Shown piece by piece: positions 52,341 through 62,307 of a DNA stretch of 64,000 nucleotides. Source of the stretch: Fimbriosthenelais zetlandica (lineage: Eukaryota); contig OZ365115.1 of NCBI GenBank assembly GCA_977030845.1, positions 2,046,001 to 2,110,000 of the forward strand, given 5' to 3'. Position numbers and translations under genes: made by a program. Under the pieces are notes generated by a model. It was not told the DNA's origin. It saw only the letters and a program-made list of their open reading frames with translations, and did no database searches. The stretch's first letter is position 1. The number at the start of each line of letters is the position of its first letter.

Positions 52341-52842
52341 ATAATTAGTAGCTAACCACTTGTATGAATCAAGGATGCACATTTATAATTAGTAGCTTAC
52401 TACTATAGCCTTGTATGAATCAAGGATGCACATTTATAATTAGTAGCTGACCACTATAGCCTTGTATGAATCAAGGATGCACATTTATAATTAGTAGCTG
52501 ACTACTATAGCCTTGTATGAATCAAGGATGCACATTTATAATTAGTAGCTGACCACTATAGCCTTGTATGGATCAAGGATGCACATTTATAATTAGTAGC
52601 TGACTACTATAGCCTTGTATGAATCAAGGATGCACATTTATAATTAGTAGCTTACTACTATAGCCTTGTATGAATCAAGGATGCACATTTATAATTAGTA
52701 GCTGACCACTATAGCCTTGTATGGATCAAGGATGCACATTTATAATTAGTAGCTGACTACTATAGCCTTGTATGAATCAAGGATGCACATTTATAATTAG
52801 TAGCTGACTACTATAGCTTGTATGAATCAAGGATGCACATTT
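52341..52842. repeat. 51-bp minisatellite, 10 copies
   Basis: AAGGATGCAC recurs at 52371, 52422, 52473 ... 52779, then 52829; near-identical units. Confidence 0.97.
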
Positions 52843-53696
52843 TGGCTGACAAGCAATTACCAGACCAGTGATTATGGCCCTGTTTCCATGGTAACCAATA
52901 ACAGGTCTGCCCGCATGTAATAAGACATAAAGTGTATGAATATTTTACTATCATATCCCGACTATGACCAGCGAGTCCACACATGTTGGTATTATCACTA
53001 TACGAGGAGTTACTGCAAGGATTAAGTATACAGCACTATAGAGATATTACCCAACAATAATGTGATCAAATGTCCAGCAATGTTTAGTCATCTATCCAAG
53101 TAATAAATTACCCACACTTGGCGCTCACTATAATAACAATTATGTACTAAATATTTTGAATTTGGACAATTGACATAATGTAACACAATTACATGATTTA
53201 TTTTAAAAATCACAGGATAATATTATTGTTTGTTTAATGGGATTTAACTTCTCTCTCAAAACATTTTTCAGTTCACTTCTTAATTACCAATTACTGAAAT
53301 CCACACTTCGCAAACAACGTTAAAAAACAGATTCAGTTTGGGAAAAACTAAAGGGCCTCAGTGATTGGCAATGTTCATTGTTTTAACGGTGAGAAACTTT
53401 GAAAACTGTTAAAATTCCCAGCCGTCTGTGAACCTATAAAGTGACTAATCGGCACTTTGTGGAGCAGTATAAACCGCCGACTATAGGAACATACGGGCAA
53501 TAAATACCTGATCTTAAAGGTCAGTGAGACCGGAGTCTAACAGGAAGACAGTCAGGGGCAGACGGACAGGTTACCATAGCAACTGACAGAAGGTCAAGGT
53601 TGGATGTTACTAGGTAACAACATGGAATGACACATCAGACTTATAGTGAGACTTATAGTGAGACTTATAGTTAGACTTGCCCCATGTCTTTTATTT

Positions 53697-53859
53697 TTAT
53701 TTTTATTTGAACTGATCAGTTAATATAATCAAAGTCCTTTCTGTTATTTTTATTTGAACTGATCAGTTAATATAATCAAAGTCCTTTCTGTTATTTTTAT
53801 TTGAACTGATCAGTTAATATAATCAAAGTCCTTTCTGTTATTTTTATTTGAACTGATCA
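53697..53859. repeat. 47-bp tandem repeat, about 3.5 copies, each carrying the palindrome AACTGATCAGTT
   Basis: GAACTGATC at 53709, 53756, 53803, 53850. Confidence 0.95.
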
Positions 53860-53879
53860 AAGAATGTAAAGGACAGGCG

Positions 53880-54428
53880 GACCATCAACTGCACGAGCAT
53901 CCATTACCGCCAGAAAATGATTTATTGCCAGAATCGGAAGACAACAGTCAGCAATTAACATCTCCCTCAACAGAATATAGACTCACATTCATCCCAGTCC
54001 ATGTAGGTGACTGGCATCTGTAACCCCAGCCCCTTCCTTTGTGGGGCGTCTTTGGAGGAGACGGGTATGTTACTTCGGGAGAATTGCAAGTCATGAATAT
54101 CTAATGGATATGTCACATGAACTGGTACACACATTGGATACCTACTAGGGATCATTGCCTGGTGATTCTTGCAGTGATTCCTGCACGGTGAGCTTGTCTA
54201 CAAGACCATCAACTGCATCCATTGCCGCCAGAAAATGATTTATTGCTAGAATCGGAAGGCAACAGTCAGCAATTAACATCTCCCTCAACAGAATATAGAG
54301 TCACATGCATCCCGGTCTCTAACCCGAGTCCCATCCTTTGTGGGGAGACTATGGAGGATATGGGTATGAAACCAGGATATGGGTATGAAGCCTTGCAAGA
54401 ATTGCAAGTCATGTATATCTAATGGATA
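53880..54428. repeat. About 230-bp direct duplication (53880-54110 and 54204-54428)
   Basis: Shared GACCATCAACTGCA..CCGCCAGAAAATGATTTATTGC.AGAATCGGAAG..AACAGTCAGCAATTAACATCTCCCTCAACAGAATATAGA and GAATTGCAAGTCATG.ATATCTAATGGATA. Confidence 0.9.
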
Positions 54429-54591
54429 CCTAAGATAATGCGCTAGAATTGTTACTAACGCGGCTTTTAACTAACTAAAAACAAAGGATTAATAGACTGA
54501 CTGACTGACTGACGAAATGACTGACTGCAATATCAACATCTGACTGAACATCTACATGTACCTGACTGAACATCTAACTGACACACTGAGG

Positions 54592-54854
54592 GGACTTGAC
54601 CAATGATCGAAGGGTCGGCGGTTCAATCCCCCGAGATGTCCAAGGCATTTCCAATGCCTCCCTCCTCACAGTCGTACATATGTTCTAGAGCACATGCACC
54701 TAGTAATATCCATTGCACAGAAGGCAATGTAGTAATGCACATAGAAAGAGGCCCCAGCTGAAAATCATACGAGAAACTTGAGTTATCAAGAGTGTGAGCT
54801 GGTATTCACCCATAACAGGCTCTATAAAAATTCGTACTAAAAAAACAAAACAAA
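54592..54854 (+). mobile_element. tRNA-derived SINE
   Basis: B-box GGTTCAATCC at 54620-54629. About 125 bp of 3' body (54725-54842) is shared with 30030-30147. A-rich tail AAAAAACAAAACAAA. Confidence 0.7.
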
Positions 54855-56039
54855 CATACTGTATGATATGAGGAGGAGACTGTATAAAAGGTGAGCAGCT
54901 GACACTATGGTCTTACACCAGTTCACCGCCCCCCCCCCCGACCCCTGAATAATAAATAACCTGCCAGCTACTATTTTATACCATACCACCCACACCTGAT
55001 GAGCAATGACACTCGTCATATATACCCCAAGATGAGATATCATCCATGCCACGCCGAACATTATATTATACAAGGGTGGATTGAACACCTGCTCAATGCG
55101 ACCCGCGATAAGGGAGTGACTCGGCAGCTGCTCAACGGCGTACTGTGTGATAGTCCCTACTGCTCCGACACACTGACGACACTGCTCCGACACTGCTCCG
55201 ACACAATGTTTTAACCACCCCAACTCCCTCCCCAAAACGCCACTGGAGTCTCTGACCACTTTTCGCAATAATTTAATGACGAATCGAGAGTTATCTCATG
55301 TTGACATACATTAAATTTTAAAATTTAATGAAGATTAAAATGGGAGTAGAGTAAATTGGATATGAAGCTAGCTTTAAGTGGCTTGAGTCGGGCCTTCACT
55401 CATCTAACGCTGTGAATGGATGCTGGTAGTCAGTGAATCAGCTTTAGATCCTCTCTGCCATGAGGAGAGATTGACTGAGTGAAAAAAAAGCTATTTAAAG
55501 CATCAAAAGTGGATCCATTAAAGTCTTAAGGGGATGAGACGGTGGTATATAAAACATCCTTAAGACAGTTCCTTAAGAAGCTCAGATTATCTTCACATCA
55601 TGTGATTGTACATTTATTTTTTCTTTAATTTTTTAATTAATATTATTTAATTCAGTATTATTTTGATTTTCACAAGCCACCTGAATTATGCAAGCCACAA
55701 TTTTGCGTTGCAATTTTCCAAAATGGTATGCAACAATAAAAAGTTCACAGCTTTCCACCGTCAGGCAAGATTTGATTAAGAAATATTGTCAGAACCCCAT
55801 TAGCTGGGCCCATTAGGGAAGACTTGCCATGAGAAAGAAAGGGTTAAACCTTGAGAATGAAGCTTGTCCTGGGAGGGAAGGGTTAACCCCTGACAAGCAT
55901 TAGTTTGTTACTCACAGAGCCAGGACGTCCACTCTCTTTGATTTTCTAGAATATTCAATGACTAGCATGTAGTTAGATGTTGCTATGGTAACAACAAATT
56001 ACCTTCGTATGTATGCTTGGAATGCCTGGCACTCCAGAC

Positions 56040-56400
56040 TAGAGAGGGGGAGGAGAGAGGCTGAGAGAGGATGAGAGAGAGAAAGGAGAAGCTGGACAGG
56101 ATTGAATAGATGAAAAGGAGAGAAAGAAAATTAATGAGAGACAGAATGGTGGAAAGAAAACATGCAGAAATTCAGGATTAAAAGAAAGGAAGGAGAAGGG
56201 AGAAATTATTGATGGGATGAGGAAAAGAACGAGAAAAGGAACAAAGAAAAGATGGAAAGATTCACACAAAGGAAAACGGGGAGACAGAGGGAAAAGAGAG
56301 GGAGAGAGAAAAAAGCTAAAAGGAAAGCAGACGTAGAGGGGAAAGTCTAGAATGAAAGAAGAACAAGACAGATTTTTATATATAGGCATTATGAAGGGAA
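56040..56400. repeat. Purine-rich (GA/AAG) low-complexity tract
   Basis: Direct reading of the sequence. Confidence 0.8.
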
Positions 56401-57470
56401 GGACATGCCGAAGAAATAGCTCAAGGGAAAGATGTTCAAATGGGAAAATAAAAAGGTAATATTAGAGGTGGTGTTTCTATTACTGGTAGGCCCTGTAGAT
56501 CTAATATCAAAGGCCACTGGCCGAGGCTTTGTCCGCTATGAGAGCTAATATCTACCCGCCATATACCGGGTTATATCTCATAATACCGAAAGCAGAAAAA
56601 ATCTGTTTTACGTCAGAACAGATTGCTATGTAGGAAAAGAATTACGAATGGAAGGGGATGTCAAGAGGGTGGGGGTATGCCTAGGTGTTCTCTTTCGTTT
56701 TATTGTTGATCAGGAATAGTAATTCTTATTCAAAAACGTAGAATTATACAATAATTAATCAAAGCGTTCAATATGTTTTCAACCTGTACAATTATCAATC
56801 GAAAATGCGTAGAATAATTCAAACTAATTCCCTTAGTCGCTCACTATATTCTTTGAAAAATGGGACTGCTTGAATGATGTCAGAGTCCCTAATACACCCT
56901 ATGCCTAAATGGTACGTTATGAGCCTGTTTCATAACCATAGGCAAAAACATTGTTATGAAACAAGCTGGTTAGTTAGGAGACTCTGTCCTTGGTAATATA
57001 GCCCGCGTCCTTGAGAACCCCTGGTTAGGACCTAGTTTGGATTCAGCGCTATGTGCTTCAATTATCCCATTCTTTGTTTGGCACTGGTCCTGCATCTAAT
57101 GGGCTTGCAGTTAGGCCTAACCTCTAGGATCATTTTCTGCTCTATTATGTACCATGCCCACACCCAAATCACCTCTCCACCCCCACAAAACACCCTCACT
57201 TTTAAAACCACATATGGATCCATGTATTGCTTTCCCCAGCCCATACTTTCACTGACTCCTTCCCTTCTCAAACATCCCTTGCCCTCCCAACCCCCTCCCC
57301 GGAAATCCTCTACATAATGTAAACCTTGCATACCAACCCCCACCCCACCCCCCCACCCTCACCATCCACCCCCGGTCCCTTCCTGAAAACTGCTGACTGT
57401 AGGAATTGAGCCATGACTTTCTGATTGAAGGAGGATACCCTAACAGTATTTAAAACTCATGATCCTCACC

Positions 57471-57585
57471 CCCACCCCACTAATCCTGCTCACTCCTTCC
57501 CCCACCACCCCACCCCACTAATCCTGCTCACTCCTTCCCCCACCACCCCACCCCACTAATCCTGCTCACTCCTTCCCCCACCATC
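57471..57585. repeat. 38-bp tandem repeat x3 in a C-rich tract
   Basis: TAATCCTGCTCACTCCTTCCCCCACCA at 57481, 57519, 57557. Confidence 0.9.
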
Positions 57586-58233
57586 CCTCACCCTCTCACT
57601 ACCACTGAAGACCACCCCCCCCCCCCCCCACAACCTCCCCCTCACTCCTCCCAACAAATCCCCAGCAACCACACCCACCTAGAGGCTAGTTAGAGGGTGA
57701 ATTGAATAAAACACGAGTACATGGTATAAAAAGAGAAGGCTTTCTTTGCCAGGGGCTGGAAATCTATACACACTTTAGACAATTCAGTATAGACAGATCC
57801 GGTTACTGCATTGCCAGGCCTCGATATAGAGGCAACTATATTTTGTGCAGGCCTCTGAATTGCCCAACAAGGGTTTATTCGGAAGAAGAGACCCTACGCC
57901 GCCTTCCAACTCCTTTCTAAATGAGTTTTTACTAACCTTATTGTATATTAAAGCAGTTTGTATAGACCACAGTCTTCATAGTTGACCTCCCTCAGCCTCG
58001 GTACAATCCATTTGTCTTTAGGGTTTGCATGTATAAATTTATGGTCGCCAACTTCCGGAAATAGTTCCGGCATTTGGAATTTGAGTACCGGTACTGTATA
58101 TTGACTGATCAATACGTATGTATATGCTAATTGCCTGTATGATTGCAATCACACGGACCTATAGGCTAAATAGGAACCGTATAGGAAATGAACAATTCTA
58201 AAACCAGTATAGGCATTCTACGCACCTCCCTCC

Positions 58234-58432
58234 AAGCCGGGAATACACTAATCCCATTCTCTAATCCGTCGCCATCCGATACCCTATTTCTAATGACATC
58301 TAAAGATTGAAATTGTGTCAGTGGTTAGCCTTACCTAGGTGTAAAATTTTACTCTAAGGCCTTAGAAATATAGTTTCGGACCGCAATCGGATGGAGCTGG
58401 ATAAGAATCGGATTAGTTTGTGTTCCAGGCTT
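58234..58432. mobile_element. Second, more diverged copy of the 30534 MITE
   Basis: Shares AAGCCGGGAATACACTAATCC..AATCCGTCGCCATCC.ATACCCTATTTCTAATGACATCTAAAGATTGAAATT..GTGGTTAGC.TTACCTAGGTGTAAA with 30534-30645; right TIR is degenerate. Confidence 0.8.
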
Positions 58433-60035
58433 TTAATTAGTCTGCCCCTAGAAAAACAGCAATAGGCAGAATACCATGTCATTTACTGTGCCATATCTGA
58501 ACCCTGTATTTATCAATACATGAAAACAAAATACATTCTTAGAAATGTATGTAAATATGCATTGGTATATATAGGGCATGGGACCTCACTGCAATCCAGT
58601 GTAATACAATTGTTACACACTTTCTGAGGTTCTAGTGTCCGCCCCATGTGTGGAGGGATGGCGGTTCGAACGGCTATTAGCAAAGATATATAAATTAAAC
58701 CACAGATACACATGGCTTTGGCTGGCTTTGACATCCCAGGTTATAGCAAGTAATGGACAGGGAAGGACAAATAGAATACTGAATGATATAGAGCATTGTA
58801 GAGGGACAATGTCCACTGTTTTGCCGTATACTGGGTATTGTATAATGTCATTGTACAGCTGGATGATGGGGTATGTGTCATATCACACACTACTGACCAC
58901 CACCCATCATTGTCCAGCCAGCTGACCATTACAAAGTGGACTGTACAGTGGACAAGCCAGCGTCTAATGTGTTTGGTCAGTCTGAGGACAAATTGTTTCC
59001 ATGGCTACAACGTCGTTACCGAGGAGATTGAGACCAATTCCCAGTCAGACTTCTGCTTTATATTGTGGCACGGTAGGCTTAAAGTACTTCAGAAAAAAAT
59101 ACCACCCAAGTAATATTATTGTAAAAAAAAAAAAATTAGTCATATTATCTTTTGGTCATTACAAGGCCTTTATTTATTTTTTAAGTTTCCAGAAAATTGA
59201 ATAGCTCCTGAAAGAACCTGTACATTATGTTCTCTTTGTACTTTATTAGATATTACAGCTCGTAAAACCTCTAAGTGTTTCCCTGTCCTTTATATATGCT
59301 TTCTATTCAATTTATTTTTAAGAAAAATAATGATAATAGTCTCTCATTTGGAACAAAGTTTGTATCTTAGAATTAGCCGTACCTTTAAGGCACGTCATTT
59401 GAAATTTTCTTAAAAATTTTAAAAATTACATAGACCTAATATTCTCGTGCCTGGTCAATTCTTGTCCCCAGATTACTGTTTGGGATAGACATGATATGTC
59501 TACGATTAAATGTACGAGCCAGGGAATTGGGAAACACGATAGATCCACCAATATGGCAAAAGATGAGTAGGCACAATTCCCAAGCTGGGAATAACCCTCA
59601 ACGCCCCCTATCAAAAAAAGATCAAGACTGTCATGTGACATCATCAATCAGTGAGATACGGCTGGAGAAGGGTCATGACTCTACGAGCAATGGGTGGGGG
59701 AATGAGAAGCGGAGAGGAACTGGAGGAATGGTACGGCCTCTATATACTGCTCTTGGACATTCTCAGATGGTTTCCAATATGTATGGACCAAATTGGTTAA
59801 ATTTACTAAAGTCAGGATCCATGCACTTCAGGCAGGATGCAATTCAAGTTCCATCGACTTAAAGTGACTTTATCACCTTTCTAATTTGTTTCTTTCCATT
59901 TCTTTTGTATGCCTGTTTCCTACACCCAGTTATAAAATACGTGATAATACTTTAATTAATGGAAACATTTCAAAGAAATATGTTGTAAAGCTAATAAAAG
60001 CAAAGCCCTTGCCATGATAGAGACCACACAGCCTC

Positions 60036-60107
60036 TGCCGTGACCAGGATTCGAACCTGGGTTGTCTCGGCCACAACGAGAAGTACTAACCACTATACGA
60101 TCACGGC
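60036..60107 (-). tRNA. trnH-GUG: tRNA-His (anticodon GUG)
   Basis: Reverse complement is GCCGTGATCGTATAGTGGTTAGTACTTCTCGTTGTGGCCGAGACAACCCAGGTTCGAATCCTGGTCACGGCA. Acceptor stem GCCGTGA/TCACGGC, anticodon stem TCTCG/CGAGA with loop TTGTGGC, T stem CCAGG/CCTGG with TTCGAAT loop. A T4 run lies on - at 59996-59999. Confidence 0.96.
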
Positions 60108-60861
60108 TACTGGGGCTCTGGTTCATAGCAGGAATTATACCCAACAAGTTTTGAATAGGTTTCCCGTTTTCCATAATCCCAGGTTTCCCATAGCCATGAA
60201 TTTTCTTAATACTTTGCCTAAGCATTCCCACGTTTAGTCTTCACCAATCGCACTGTCTCCCTTTCCTCCCTTCTCTACTCCCCATAACTCTTCCCCGCCT
60301 CTTCCCTTGCATCACCACCGTCTGTTAAGCTTCTGTCTTCTTCCATCCATCTAGATCCTATTTCCTTCTCCCTCTGTTTCATCTTACTTTCCACCTCCCT
60401 GTCCCCTTTCTAAATTGTATCCATCCTTTAGACATTGATGGCCTGTTAATCCCTAAAAGACCCTAATTTCAAACTTGTCTGCTATTAAATAATCCATGAC
60501 TGACTTTTCAGTTGTGTCTTTAGGATCGATCTGATGTAGTTTTCTGCTTCTTTTCAGGTTTTTCATGACATCAATGATGTGGAGTACTCCTGGTAACCAA
60601 AAAGGACAATGACCCTCAACTTAAACGTCACAAGGAACATCATGTTCCTACCCTTTAGTGAACTCTACATGGCTATTAAACAAATAGCACTTAACAAAAA
60701 ACTCCGGCCCCATGACAGGGGCAACCGTTGCTTGAAAACATGAAGTTTGATATAGTCAAACTCATAGACTATGTGAGAATTCGAAAACTGAGATACTGAT
60801 GTTGGACCTAATAGTGCATTTGTTCATAGTGTAGTTATTATCAAGAAGAATAAAAATAACC

Positions 60862-62307
60862 ATGCCTTCCCCTGAGAAGAAGCAGGAACGCTCAAGTTTA
60901 AAGCGCGAGAATAAGCCAGATTGCCTTACCATTCCTGAGAGGGTGAGTGACCATTCAAGCACCAGCCCCTCACCCAGCCTTCCACAAACTTCAGACCAAG
61001 ACCTGTCACCGACTAGTCCTAAATGGATAGACGACGACACAGGTCCCATAGACACTGGCGACGACTCGCGAGCTAGTGACGACGTGAGAGACATAAAGAC
61101 AGACAAAGAGGACGAGGACGAAGATGACGTGGACGCTAAACTAGTTCCGGTTAAAGATGATGACGATTGTAAAAGTATAGACAAGGATGTAGACGAGATA
61201 AATGAGGAACATGAGGTGAGAAAGGTGGATGAGTTAGATATTAAAGTGGAGGAATGTGACAGTGTGCCTGTCACACCACAGACACCCAAAAAGGGGTCGC
61301 TTATATCGCTGGGTAAGAAGAAGACAAGTCGCCGCAAAGGTAAATGTTCCAAATGTGCCCAGGAATCGAGCGACAAGAGGAAAAGTTGGAAACTGCGGGG
61401 AAAAGAAGAAAATCATAATAGTTGTAAGGGTGCTCAGAGTCATTGTAAGGGGAGTAGGAAATCTACCAAGAATGCAACGACTGACGCTCCCATGTCCCCA
61501 CGAACCCGGGATCTATCAGACAAGAAGCGTGTACCTGGGAGTCCAAGGAGATCCGAACGATCACGAAGCAAACAAGAACAGTTACAAGATCGACATTTAG
61601 AGAGGCGAATCCAACATGAATGCGGACATAAAAAACTAGCTAAAAAGGAACACGACCTGAAGTCGGAGAGAGATTTGATAGACAGTGATGAGGATGATAG
61701 TATAATGGAGGAATGTCACAAACAACCTCACTACCACAAAGTACCGCACCGAGCTCGTTCAGAGCGGCGCTGCTCACACAGGTCAAGGAGCAGCTCGGTG
61801 AGCAGCCGGCGGAGTTGTGAACTGCCGCCTGACGGGGATGATAACCTGAGTTTTACTGTACCTAACCGATGGTTGTCGTACGACAGACTGTCACAGACGT
61901 CTGACTGCGGTGAGCATGGTGTGAACGGCTCCACCATTCACCTGGAGTATCCCTACAAACCATCCAACAATCAGGGTATCTATATCTCTCCGTATTTCTC
62001 AGCTGCTTACCGTGCGCCCGGCGCAGAGATCCTTATAGCCTCTTTAATTATGATCGTTGGAGTTGTTGCTTTGATTACTCACTACGCCACCGGCCAGCAG
62101 ATCTGGATGCTTGTTGGTGGTATATGTCTAGGCCTTGGTGGTATGTTCATGCTGCTAGGATTATGCTGGTACTGTGCACTCTCAACTCAAAAGAAAGAGG
62201 ACCATGCAGTACAGGTGAAAATTAAAAAACTTAAGGAGAAGTTGAGATTAGAAAGGTCGCCCAGTGATGGGCTCAGCCAAGTGAAGAGTGAGATTCAGAT
62301 GGTATGA
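60862..62307 (+). CDS. Uncharacterised 481-aa protein: long low-complexity acidic then basic/Ser-rich N-terminus and two C-terminal transmembrane helices
   Basis: A 1446-nt uninterrupted ORF is far longer than chance ORFs in this AT-rich DNA. Start context ACC ATG C. Hydrophobic hairpin EILIASLIMIVGVVALITHY..IWMLVGGICLGLGGMFMLLGLCWYCAL followed by a Lys-rich tail. Possible upstream acceptor TTTTCAG ending at 60557. Confidence 0.85.
   Translation: MPSPEKKQERSSLKRENKPDCLTIPERVSDHSSTSPSPSLPQTSDQDLSPTSPKWIDDDTGPIDTGDDSRASDDVRDIKTDKEDEDEDDVDAKLVPVKDDDDCKSIDKDVDEINEEHEVRKVDELDIKVEECDSVPVTPQTPKKGSLISLGKKKTSRRKGKCSKCAQESSDKRKSWKLRGKEENHNSCKGAQSHCKGSRKSTKNATTDAPMSPRTRDLSDKKRVPGSPRRSERSRSKQEQLQDRHLERRIQHECGHKKLAKKEHDLKSERDLIDSDEDDSIMEECHKQPHYHKVPHRARSERRCSHRSRSSSVSSRRSCELPPDGDDNLSFTVPNRWLSYDRLSQTSDCGEHGVNGSTIHLEYPYKPSNNQGIYISPYFSAAYRAPGAEILIASLIMIVGVVALITHYATGQQIWMLVGGICLGLGGMFMLLGLCWYCALSTQKKEDHAVQVKIKKLKEKLRLERSPSDGLSQVKSEIQMV

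Noticed and set aside
45377-52842. 51-bp arrays as CRISPR
   Set aside because: The units are contiguous tandem repeats with no unique spacers, there are no cas genes, and the context is eukaryotic.
54990-55030. CTGATGAG as a hammerhead ribozyme core (also near 26119 and CTGAAGA near 1878)
   Set aside because: No GAAA after a closing stem II, and no flanking stems I/III.
57948-58148. 66-aa minus ORF with protein-like composition (PELFPEVGDHKFIHANPKDKW)
   Set aside because: No clean acceptor or donor and no recognisable family; possibly decayed TE sequence.
59080-59389. Kolobok-like ends (TTAAAGTAC .. GTACCTTTAA)
   Set aside because: The termini match imperfectly and no second copy in the window confirms them.
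59491-59862. 123-aa + ORF upstream of the tRNA
   Set aside because: No ATG-anchored domain, motif or splice support.
27790-60000. Additional HES paralogues (cluster)
   Set aside because: I looked on both strands for further WRPW, LEKADIL and RRARIN coding signatures and saw none; by-eye search can miss diverged exons.
60762-61937. Alternative-frame and antisense ORFs over the 481-aa gene
   Set aside because: Shadow ORFs of biased-composition coding sequence.
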